Source of the DNA: Craspedostauros australis | Taxonomy: Eukaryota | Direction of reading: 5' to 3' | DNA length: 64,000 nucleotides | Assembly: GCA_030167865.1 (NCBI GenBank) | Contig: JALAGF010001848.1 | Span: 62,001-126,000 of the forward strand | Shown here: positions 44,982 to 56,593 of the stretch, in pieces | How the letters are laid out: each line of letters starts with the position of its first letter | Numbering within the stretch: the first letter of the stretch is position 1 | Program-made: the position numbers and the translations under genes | Notes under the pieces: generated by a model | Told to the model about the DNA's origin: nothing | The model's database searches: none | Seen by the model: the letters and a program-made list of their open reading frames with translations, nothing else

Positions 44982-47900
44982 TGATGGGAGGATCATTCAG
45001 TGAAGCTGCCGGTCTTCTGCGACTGTTCGCAACCAGCGGCCTCTCAGCTTCTTTGCCGTCGCGCAACACCTTTGTTACTCTGAGTGGAGACACGTCAAGC
45101 CAAGAAGGAGAGAGAGGGGGAGAAGCGCTGTTGCTGCAACCGCGCTTGCATCGCTGTCAGTTTCTTTGTCGTTTTCTGTGCTGTCTCATCGCTTGTTTCC
45201 GCTCCTCCTCATCGACACACACAAGGGCACAACAAGACACACACACACGCGCAACATGGGCTCATCGCAGGTGAGACACAAAACAGACCACCAAACCAGG
45301 TGCTGTTCTTGAAGCTTGCTGCCTCCGAAGGATCTCATTCGGCCAGAATTCACCAATGGAATCGCGTCAATTCGCAAAACACGGTTTGAACGGTCAATCG
45401 TGTCAACTCGGAACGATTGATCGCTTTGACCGAACATGCGCCGCGATCCGTCAATTGACCGGTACGACTCATGTTTCGCTCGTGAACGCGTGAGCCACAA
45501 ACAAGTTCACGATTGGTTGAGTCTTGAATCTCATCAATCGCGAACGTGGCGTCATGATGTCAGGATGACCCGGATGTTGCTCACAAAACGAGCGTCCCAT
45601 TCTTCTGGTTTTGCCCAGTTCGCTCTCTGCATGGGTACGTAGCACTCTCTGATCCGCTATTGGTGCTTGGTCGTCGAGTGCTGCACCAGTGCGAGCTGTT
45701 CGTATCGAGTTGCGTTGTGCACAGAATGTTCATGGAGCATGATGTATCCCTTCTCTACTCCAATGTACCTACGGTTACGAACAGACCCGACTACTCCAGA
45801 GAGAGGGAGAGACCACTCGCACTCGGTTCCACCATACGAAGATCCATCCCTGTTCGTATTCCAATATTGTGTTCGTACCAACGGCAACACCAGCAGTTGA
45901 GATGGAGGAAACGATGTTGATGCGATTGTGATTGTTTCATGGTACAGAACGTCCTCCTCCTGGATTTGGAGCGAGCGCAAGTAGAATAGAATACCATGCT
46001 GGGTTAGGACGATCCGCAGAGCAGGTAGACGTGCTCTTGTGTGGCATTCCTTGTGTTTGGTATGCACTCTCCTCTGTCACTTGCGTCGCGCTTGTTGCCG
46101 ACCATCCACTTGGTGAATAGCACCGAGAAGGCCAAGCGAGAAAGGAGCACGACCAGGACCAGAACGGACAGGATCAGCGTGTTGGTTGAGCGTGGTTAGC
46201 GCAAAGAACAGAACCCAAATCGGAAACGCCATGGTGACAAGAGAAGGAACAGCGAACGCCATCATCATCGTTACCGTCATCTTCACTCCCATCGCACCTG
46301 TCGTCAAAAACAAGGAAGGTGCAACCCACGATAGAAGAACCGACATTCTCGGCACGACTTGATGGGAAAGTGCGTACTTGCCGCCATTGCACTCTTGTGG
46401 GCGCAAAATACGAATTGACAAAGTCCAAGCCCGAGCACGTGTACTCGTATTTGTACTCGCACTCGCATGGATGCATCGCAGGAGGACAAAAAGATTGAAG
46501 TTGTCATCTCGTGTCACTGGCCGCCGGAATGGCATTCGCGCACACGAGTACCCACGTCGTTTGGCAGAAACGAGAACCAACGTATGAGATGGAGACACTC
46601 AGAAGTTTCAGCAACCACGTGTGTCCACTTCCAAGACCATCTGTTTTTGGAGTCTGTGGACAGCGTGCCTCATCAGCGAGAATCATCACACACGTCGAGC
46701 ATCGAAAAAGTGCGTACCATTATTTTACTTAACGGCAATCGTGCAGTGTACAGACCAGATCGAAAAAGCAGCTTGCACGTTGATTCGTCTACACTGCAAC
46801 TTGTTAAGTACGCACAACCGTTTGCATTGACGTATGTATCTGTCATCGTTGTTTCAGTTTTTTACTTAACGTGCAAGCTGCGAACCCGAGGCAGACATAT
46901 CGTTCCTTTCCGAGAGCCATCCACAAGCCTTTTCCCAGCCGGTTTGTGACAACATCATCGTCATCGCCGTAATTGCCGCGTCTACGATGCTCGTCCCCGT
47001 CTTCTGCGCATCGCTGTGAGCTGTTTTTGCTCGAACTGGTTACGGTCGTCACCCTCAATGTCGGTGTCTCCCAGACAAAGCCTTTCCATACATCACAGTA
47101 GCCCTTGGTGTTGAGTGTGTGTGCAAATACGTGCGTGAGTTTGAGCTTCTGGCGTATTCCTGACACCTCCTCACCGATCTGCCCAGTATTCGTGCCGGGG
47201 TACAAGCACAAGAGAGGTGTGGAAGAGGGTGACAGACAGTATTGGTAGGCAGGTCAGGAGAGATCAGGACAGGACAAAGCACAAGACAGGCCAAGGCAAT
47301 TCAGGAAGAGGTCAGGCGAGGCGAGTGTGGCAACGAACAGCACAAGAAGCGGGAAAGGCGATCGGGAACACCAGGTGCTACTTCAATTCAATTCAAGCGC
47401 TGTCAGGAGCAACCTTCCTGCGTGTACATCAACAACCGGATTGGGGCAAGCAGAAGTCTGCTCTGGCGGGGGGTGCCTTTTTGCATTAGCTCGCGCTGCT
47501 CCGCGCAATTCCAATACACACAAAGAAAGACATTGTTCCAGCTGTTGCGTCGATTCCTGCCGCAAGGGCTACTCTCTGTTTCCGTCGAAGAGAGCTGAGC
47601 GCACTCTCGCACCACAACTCCTATAGCAGGCTGTGGACACAGGGCCGTGCTGATACCATCCCACTCCAGTTCATTCATTCATCCATACATTCGTCATTCC
47701 TTCATTCACCATCCATCATCACCCATCACCCATCACCAACTCTCCAAGCATCATCAACAGCGATAGAGCAGCAGTGATCAAACGGAAACAGACAAGCACC
47801 AAACAGGCTGAGAGAGCATCGAGAGCAGACACACGAGCTGCGTCGTTAGCAAACAGAGACAGGCAACTGCAGACCTTACGCACGTTGGACCACACGCCAA

Positions 47901-48038
47901 CAACTACACTCACCTCTTCTACCCACCGCAGAAGCAAATCGCGTGTGCATCGAGCATGAATATGGATTGCGTGCCCGTCACAGAAGGATCGAATCAATAA
48001 GCAAACAGCCGACGCCTACTTTCACAAGACATCGGAGC

Positions 48039-51000
48039 ATGGGCTCGTCAACCCATGCAGCAAACAATGATGACGATGGTGATGTGTCCGACAACGACTC
48101 TCCGTCTCGGGCGATCGCGGCATCCTCGCTGTCAACATCGTCTTCATCCAAGAAGAGAGCCAGCGACAACAGCAACGCATCAACGACACAAACAGACTCT
48201 ACTCCATCGTCAATCAAAGCAGCGGCATCGCCGTCGGCTTCTTCCCCTACTCATCCACATCCACCAGCACAGTCTGGCCATGGAAGAGGCAATGGCGCTT
48301 CAAAGAGTATGGGACCATCACCGTCATTGTCACCTCGACAGTCATTACCTTCATCAACTGAAGGACATCAACAACAGCAACAACAACAACAACAACAACC
48401 ACAAAAGAAGAAGCCTCAGCAGGGAAAACCGGCACATCAGCCACGCCAGAGTCCTGGCGGCGAAAGTCAGTCACAGAAGGAACAGAGCAAGCTGTCAGCT
48501 TCGAGCGGAACACAGGGGTCAAAGAAGAAGCAGGCTTCGAAGAAGGATCGTTCGAAGCTTAGAAAGGGGAAATGGACCGTAAGTTTTACACGTTGCTGCT
48601 TGTTTGCTTGTGTGCGTACCGCTCCGTCTTTCCTTGTGCGTGTCTTCGTGGCTGTGCCGCGTGTGGTTGTTTGAGCTGCTTGGGCTGTATGTATGGTTGG
48701 TTCTCTATGAATGTTCGACAACGATGAGCGCATGGAGCCTCGTCCGAAGTTGTAACAGGAGGATGCTGTCTCATTATCTCCAATGGCTCCGTTGGATGCA
48801 AGCCAAGCCCAGCCCCGATACCCCTCATTGGGTACCCACGCCTCTGTTCAACGGAAGCGAAAGCGGAGCCGAGAATCAGGAGGACAGAACCAAGTGTCCA
48901 CCCTGCTTGGCTTCTTGGCCTAGAGCGCGAAAGATAGAGACTCCACTTCATTGCTGTGTCTACGACGTCGGCCTTTGCGAATTCCAGCTTTCGTTTCGAT
49001 CAAGATCTTACTTGCTTCTGCACTCTTTCATCCTCTTCATCTTTGTCTGTCTTCTGCTTCTCTTTCATCAACACCGTCACCTGCGCCTGCACATGAAACG
49101 TACGCTTCCGGGTTTGCTTCCCGCTCATTTCCATCGCCTTTCATCCTCATTTTGTCGTTGTTGCTTGTCTTCGCACTTGTGCTTCTGCATATGTGTGCCA
49201 AACAAAACAACACTGTTGTTTGCGAACGCAATCCTCGCTTCATTAGGTTGAGGAGGAAGAGTATACATCCAAGATACTCCACTACGTACGGATCGGCCTG
49301 CTCACATTGCCGGAAGGATCCACACCGAGATCATACCTGGCAGAGAAACTGAATTGCGACCCAATGAGGATAACGAAGAAGTTTACCGGCGCATGTTGCC
49401 TTGGCAGGCGTGTCTACCATCTGAGGGAAAGACCCCAGGTGACGCAGGCCGAAATCGACATGGCACGAGCCGACCTGGAGCGTCTGGAGCATCGGTTCCG
49501 CATGAGAATCGAGCATGACCAGAACGGCACCCCGCTGTCGAGCAGACGGCAGGATCTGTTGCTGGCGCAACCATCTGCATTGGGGAACCTGTACCCGGCC
49601 GTGAACAACTTGCAAACTGCAGCGACTGCATCCTGGCTGAAGAAGCTTGCGACAGTGCAATCAACGGCAGCATTGGCAGCAGCTGGGCAGATCCCAAGTC
49701 AGAACGCCGTGGCACCAGCTCCGATGAACATCGCAGCGTCCACATGGAACTTGAATAGAATCCAAAATCAGTGGCTTGTGCCCACCGCAGCCAACACCAG
49801 GAATCCGACTCAAGCAGCCGCCGCGGTAGCAGCAGCTGCTGCCGCAGCAGCAACACTACCAACAAGGTACGACCTTTAACATTGACCTTGGCTTTGCCAT
49901 CATGCTTCGTCTGCGCAGTGGTTGCCTCCCGATTGAACATCATGACCCAAAGCTTATCCATTTTGTGTGCATTCACTCCTTTGATTCCTATTCGCTCCAC
50001 TCCAATCGATTCGACTTTCTCACGCAGCAACCAACCGAATGGCCACGCCCACGCAATCAACAACGCGGTGACTTCGCTTGCATGGGCGCAAGCAGCGGCG
50101 TCATTGGGGCCCGCACTGAACCAACTGGCGGCAGCCAACATCCAACAACAGCAACAACAGCTGCGTTTGGCATACGAAGAGCATATCAAGGCAACTGGTG
50201 CCTCGCAGCCAGCGGTATCGGCGTCGGCATCTGCGCCATCGTCCGCACCGACACCATCGGCCAGGCCTCAACCAGTGGCTGTTGCCGATCGGCAAACAAG
50301 CAAGCCAGTTTTGGCTCAACCGCCGTCAAGCGCTGCCTCGCATGCGAATAGACCACAGTCGCTTCCACCAACTGCACCCAGCGCAGGACCATCGCCTGCC
50401 CCTCCTGCCGCCGCATCAGCCGCAGGCGTGATGGCAAACATGATGGTCAACGTATCTTCGGCATCAACACCAGCGCCTGCCGTTGCACCCATCCCACCCC
50501 CCATCCCTGCGGTTCCTAAGTTGTCACCGTCAGAACAGCTGCAACAAAGCTACCAAGCCCATCTGAAGTCCATCGGGAAGTTTCCAAACGAGAAACCACA
50601 GAGCTCCACAGCTCCAATCCTGCCAAGTGCCACAACGCGGGCATCATCTGTTCCTGTTTCGATTCCACCACCCGCCGCACCTCCGCCCACCCCGACCTCG
50701 GTTGCTCCCCCCGCATCCAATTTCGCTGCAGCTGTAACTGTAACTGTAACTGCCGCTCCTGCCAAGCCTTCTGCTCGCACACAAAAGTCCCATGTCGATG
50801 CAGCAGAGCAGCGTAGCGAAAAGCGGAAGGTATCCGATGCACAGGCGCCGCGCAAACAAGCACGGACATCGAAGATCACGGAAGGCACGAACATCAAGCC
50901 CACCAGTCCTGACAGTCACGAGGCTGGCATTTTGCTTGACTTCCTGAACTCATTACGCAGCAACTACGACGATGCCATCGACCAGAATGGGTCGAAGTTG

Positions 51001-51495
51001 CGGAAAGGCTACCCCGGTGCCGGTGGCATCAATGGTTCTGCTTCGTCAAACTTAAATCGATCCTCCACCGGCGTCAAGATCACAGATCTGCGGGACACAA
51101 AGCTGCCCGTGGACAATTCAAGAACCCTGTCGCAGAACCTTTCCTCGCTGGCCGCCGGGCGTTCGTCCCATGCCGTGTCCATCACTGACACGTCTGCCCA
51201 GTCCAGATCGGAGACATCATCTGGAACGTCGTCTCAGCCAAACGAAAGCTCCACGAGTTCCATGGACGAAACCGATTCCAAGTCAGACAAGTCCGACGGT
51301 GACAAGGCCGCAACAAGCAGCGAAGAGGAGCGTGACATTGTGGTGGAAAGCACCACGAACAAAGGACCTCCAAGGAAAAGGTACAAGAGGAAACGGCCCC
51401 GGTTGAAGCAGAGACCGGATAGCGACAATGACGACGATGGCGGAAGTCCCAACGGGCAAGGAAGTCGCGGCGGCATCAGGATGCCAACTCGCTGA
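48039..51495 (+). CDS. Putative transcription regulator with a stramenopile-type Myb/SANT-like domain, ~875 aa, 3 exons
   Basis: Exons 48039-48578, 49247-49866 and 50028-51495 (donors GTAAGT and GTACGA; phases 0 and 2). Splicing reconstitutes LRKGKWT|VEEEEYTSKILHYVRIGLLTLPEGSTPRSYLAEKLNCDPMRITKKFTG. Q/A/P-rich regions and a basic NLS-like PPRKRYKRKR are also present. Confidence 0.82.
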
Positions 51496-52006
51496 CTCCC
51501 TGATTGCAGGCACGCTGCGACACAATCACAACACAACATATCATCCAATCAACACACCACCCACGCCTTTTCAAACAAGCAAGGTGGAATTTAGAAGCAA
51601 ACAACTGAGCAGGCAAAACAAACAAGTACAATTGCAACTACAATTGCAACTACAAATAAACATTCTAACAAACGAAATTAACCACAACTATGGACGCATT
51701 CTTCTCGACATGGCTCATCCACCATCCACCTCTCCAGCTGATAGATTGCGATCTCAACTGAGCAGGCAACGGTGATGTGGGGAAGTAGCCTTTGTGCTGA
51801 TATTGCTTTTGATTCGTCCATGGAGACACCTTCACAATAGCATTGATGATGTCAAATACTACAAAGATGAGAGCATGGCATGGACCACACGAGTACAATG
51901 AGGAGTAACCATGTTTCTAGCAGATGATTGTTCATGCCGTACTACGAGTAGTGCACAAGTAGCATGCCACGAATACAGTTGTGCTTCTCATTTGTCCCCA
52001 TCTGCT

Positions 52007-53488
52007 TTACGGTTCTTCCTTGAGCCCATACTTGTCTCTGTAAAATGCATTCTCCGCATCGCTCTTCTTCTTGTACTTCGTCTGCAGGGCGCTTCGATTG
52101 GCTTCGATCTTTGCGACGACGTCCCCCACATGCATCGTCGTCGGTGCGTCCATACAGTGGAAGACATTGTCCATCTTGACGGTCGTGTAGATTGGATCGT
52201 CGGGACCGTATATCGAATCCTTGGTGGGGCAGTGGAGGACCTCCGATAAGCTGAGAGAAGCGACCATCTGCGGGGAAATGGTGGGGGATGGATCCAACAC
52301 GACGTCGTCCACGAACTTGCAACCCATGACGCTCAAGGCGCGCTCATTGAGGTTCATGATTGGGAATCCTTTCTTCTTGCGTTGTTGGATCAAAGAGTCT
52401 CCGTACACGCCGACGATGAGGTAGTCGCATCGCTGTTGTTTTGTTGGTTTGGGGTACCAAATGCGGGTGTGTTGGATCAGATTATCCGCACGGTGGCGCA
52501 CCGTGGCGTGGCATGAGATAGATAGTAGAATGTTATGGAACAAAAGGACGATGGGGCGGGAAGAGGTGAGCGGCGAGAAGCGGTTCAAATCATGAATGAT
52601 GGTCTTCGATGCAGTTCGCAATGCGCGGGCACTGCCATTCTCCCAACTACTTGGCTGCGAGTACGGTAGCACGCCAATGTGATAGACACCCCCGGTGTCG
52701 CGGAAACCAAACCAAACCAAACGTTGCACCACAATACAACACAGCACAACACAGCACAATACATCACTGGGGATAATGGATGGTACCACAGTCTGTGGAA
52801 AGAGAGTACCATGCAGGGTAGCGGGACGATTTGTTCGTACCGATTTGGCAGCCTTGAGGATGGCCACATGCCCGGGATGGAACATATCCCAGCAACCAGC
52901 GATGTAGGCGACGCGATCGCCCGCTGCCGGCTCCTTGGATGAGGCGAACTGGCGAAGGAGACGGCCTGTCGCCAAGAACCTCGACTTCTGACCAAGGTAA
53001 GCCACATCGCACGGCGCGCCGTCTTGCATGTCGCCGAGCTCCAGGATCCGGCCGATGACGTCGGTGGTGGAAACCCCCTCGGTGCGGGGTATGCTCTTGA
53101 ATCTTCCAGTCTGCTTGGCCGTGGCGTAGACGTCCTCACCATTGACGATGCAGGGATCGTCGCCATGCACGATGTAGTCGATGTTGTGCTCCCGAAAGAC
53201 CCACTCCAGGTATTCCTTGTTCATGATGTAGGGACAGTCCGGCACGACCGTATCCACGAACTTGCAGGCCCCGACCATGGCGATGCGATGCTGCTCCTCG
53301 TACAGCGGCGGACCCTTGCATTGGCGGATAGTCTCCTCCGAATTGACGCCGACGATGAGATGCGTTCCCAGCGACCTGGCCAATCGGAAGGCATTCATGT
53401 GCCCGTAATGCGTCAGGTCGAAGACCCCGTCAACGAAGATTCGCACTTCTTTGCCTCCATTCTCATCTTGCGCGCAGGCTTCTCTCAT
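52007..53488 (-). CDS. PCYT2: Ethanolamine-phosphate cytidylyltransferase (two CT domains), ~357 aa, 2 exons
   Basis: Exons 53488-52841 and 52432-52007; phase-0 intron GTACGA...CAACAG. DGVFDLTHYGH, HGDDPC and PRTEGVSTT in domain 1; GCWDMFHPGH...CDYLIVGV...PIMNLNERALSV in domain 2. Start provisional. Confidence 0.9.
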   Translation of the reverse strand: MREACAQDENGGKEVRIFVDGVFDLTHYGHMNAFRLARSLGTHLIVGVNSEETIRQCKGPPLYEEQHRIAMVGACKFVDTVVPDCPYIMNKEYLEWVFREHNIDYIVHGDDPCIVNGEDVYATAKQTGRFKSIPRTEGVSTTDVIGRILELGDMQDGAPCDVAYLGQKSRFLATGRLLRQFASSKEPAAGDRVAYIAGCWDMFHPGHVAILKAAKSVRTNRPATLHGTLFPQTVVPSIIPSDVLCCVVLCCIVVQRLVWFGFRDTGGVYHIGVLPYSQPSSWENGSARALRTASKTIIHDLNRFSPLTSSRPIVLLFHNILLSISCHATVRHRADNLIQHTRIWYPKPTKQQRCDYLIVGVYGDSLIQQRKKKGFPIMNLNERALSVMGCKFVDDVVLDPSPTISPQMVASLSLSEVLHCPTKDSIYGPDDPIYTTVKMDNVFHCMDAPTTMHVGDVVAKIEANRSALQTKYKKKSDAENAFYRDKYGLKEEP

Positions 53489-54115
53489 CGTCAGCACTTG
53501 TATTCGTACAACGAGTAGTATGGCACCGATGTGTATTGGTATGCGGTTGTGTGCTCGCAGGTTTCGCAAGCATGTACTGCCAATGTGACCTCAACATCTG
53601 ATGGCCTTACTATACCAAGGAACAACTTGTGAACATGGTCGATCAGCGTGTTTCGACGAATCTGTTCGAGTTTGTGGTCATTGGAGGAGTGGCGAAGAGC
53701 TGAGAAGCGATTCCACGATCAGAATGGGACACTCTCATCCAACATCAGTCACGACACGAGTCTTGTGTAAAAAAGGACACTCTTGAATCACGCTGCGTCC
53801 GACACGTGGAACAAATTGGGGAATCATGATGTTTGTCGCGGCTCGTATCTTTGTGTGGGAATCACCAGCATCACATGTGGCGTGACGAGGGTTCCACTTC
53901 CACAACGCACACACGCACACGCACACAAACGATGATCGGAGAGCCACAAAACCAAACTGCACAAATTGAAACAACACCAACATCTCATTTTCACGAGCAT
54001 CGGCGCAGTTGTGGATAGGGAAGAGCAAAGGAAAGTCCCCCGCAGACACTGCAACGCAGCACAAGTACAGTATACGTTTGGTGGAGTCCTGCACTCATCG
54101 TACGAGTATCCCAAG

Positions 54116-56593
54116 ATGAAGTTCAGCAGCATCGTGTTCGCCGTGATTGCGGCAGTGCCGGTCCACGGCTCGACTGGCGGTGGCATGCCGGGCGGTGGCT
54201 ACTACTACTCCGGTTCGGAGCAGATGCAGGCGCAGCAGTACTACCAGCAGCAGCAGCAGCAGCAGCAGGGCCAACAGCAGTACCAGCCTGCGCAGTACAC
54301 TCAGCAGCAGCAGCAACAACAACAGCCGGAGCAGATCTCCACCACCGTTGCAGCGGAGGAGCCAACCCAGCCAGAGGATGCTGACCCACCTGCTCTCCCA
54401 GAGCCATGGGTGGAGTACTTTGACGAAGCCTCCGGTTTGAGCTACTACTACAACCCGCAGGATGGCACCACCACGTGGGATCGTCCAGCTCCGCCGGTTG
54501 TGGACGAGCCTGCTGTCCCGGAACCACAGGCGCCGATGGAGCCTGCCGATGTCGCGCCGCAGACCATGAACGCAACCTCAGCTGCAGACAGCATCCCGCA
54601 GCAGGAGAATCCCGTGCCGCAGCCGCAGATTGGTGCCCCGGCCGATGTCGCGCCCGACCGCAATGCCGCACCAGAGAGGGACCATCAGTACGCTGGACAA
54701 CCTCAGCAGCAGAGTGCCAACCAATGGGGGCAGCCGGAAGGCGAGGCTGGACGTCCCGACTTTGGTGGCCAGGAAGTGCCGGCGTCCCAGCGTCCTCCGC
54801 AGCAGCAGCAGCAGCAGAATGTCCAGCCGGAGTACGGACGCTTTGGACCGGGACAGCAGGCCGCGGACGTTGATGTCGACGTGCCGTCCCAGACTCAGGA
54901 TGACTATGGCATCAAGGAGCAAATCCCACCGAAGGAAGATGTACCACCCCAGCAGGAGCCAGAGAAGCAGCAGCAACACCAACCGCCTGCTTGGGGTGTG
55001 AAGCAGCCTGGACAGAACGACGCTCCACTGCAGTACAACAACCAACCGGGAGGATGGACGAACCAGGGTCCAGCAGCCGGTGCCCGGCAGGGCCAGAACG
55101 CCCCACCTGGTGCCTGGGGACGACCAAATCCAAATGAGCCAAGGCGCGATGATCCTTCAGCCGCAGCACCGGAGCGTCGCAGCGAACCACTGAAGACCCC
55201 TCCGCAGCCGTACCACAACCAGGGATTCCCTCCACAAGCACAGCAGCAGCAGCAGCAGCAGCAGCAACCAGGAGGAGACCGGGCTGCAGCCCCTGAACCA
55301 TCCGCCCAAAAACCAGCTTTCGTTCCGCCGGGACCAAGTGGGAATGGCATGGAGCAGCCGCAAGGGAACGTCCCACAGTACCGCCAGCAGCAGCAACAGC
55401 ACCAACGACAGCCACCGTATCCAGCCCAAGGTCGGGGACAGGGACAGGGCCCACCTCGTGGATCCGGGCCGTACCCTGGCCAAGGTCAAGGCCAACCCAA
55501 CCGACCGTATCCAGGCGCTCAGCAAGGCCATCCACCGCGTCAGCCATACCCCGGTTCCAACGGTTACGGATATCACAACACGCCACAGGGTCCAGGATAC
55601 GGCCAAGCCGATCCTCGCTACTACAACCAGCAGCAGCCTAATCAACCCGCCGCCGCAGACACATCCGCCGCCCTCACGCAAAGAATGGAGCAGGGCACCA
55701 ACGCCGTCAAGGAGGCCTTCGGAAAGTCCTGGCAGAGCCTCATGGGCTTCGGCAACCGCACCAAGGAGGTGGTCGGAACGGCACGCGAAAGCGTCGTTTC
55801 CGGCGCCACAGCAGCCAGCCAGACCCTCGGAGAGACCAGCACCAGTGAGTCATGAAAACGAACGTGCAATACAAGATGCATCTTTGCGCCCATTCCTCCT
55901 CTTCTCACACTCGCACTTCTTTGGACTTTTCCTTGCATTTCGCTCTGCTCTAATTTGCAATTCTCTGATGCATCAGGCTTGTGGGGTCAAGTCAAGACCT
56001 CCGTCGGAAGTGTCTTTGAAGGTTCCGCTGCACAACAGCAACAGCAGCATCCCGGAGGATATTCCATGAGCGGCCAATACAAGCCACCTGGTCCTGAAGG
56101 TGCCCGCAACCAGCCGCCACAGATGCAAGGCAACTCAGGACGCATGCCACCCCAGCAGCAACAGCAGCAGCAACAACAACAGCAACAATATCCAGGCAAC
56201 TACGGCCGCCCACCATATCCTGGTGCACCAAGAGGCCAAGGCATGCCACCACCTGGACAGAGAGATCCGCGTCAGTTCCCTCCACAAAACGGAATGGACC
56301 GTCACCCGCAGGGACAGATGCGCCCTCCGCAAGGGAGCTACCCTCCACAGCAGCATCAGCAACAGCAGATGCCGCCGCGTTCCCAACAGGGTTATCCACC
56401 GCAGCAGCAGCAAATGCCACCACGCGGTCCCATGGGACAGCCGCCACAGCAACGTCGTTACGATGGACGTCCGCCACAGCAGCAACCACCACCCCAACAA
56501 CAACAGCAGCAGCAGCGCCCGCCGCAGCCCAAGCCGGAGGGCACCGAACTCACCAACCCATGGTCACACCCCGGCCTCGGACCTGACTACTGA
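54116..56593 (+). CDS. Signal-peptide protein with a WW domain and Q/P/G/Y-rich low-complexity regions, ~781 aa, 2 exons
   Basis: Exons 54116-55844 and 55977-56593; phase-1 intron GTGAGT...CATCAG. Leader MKFSSIVFAVIAAVPVHG; WW domain LPEPWVEYFDEASGLSYYYNPQDGTTTWDRP. Confidence 0.85.

Noticed and set aside
55380..56230. PPxY self-ligands for the WW domain in the Q/P-rich protein
   Set aside because: The units are PPYP, PYPG and YPP rather than a clear canonical PPxY, so an intramolecular ligand is not supported.
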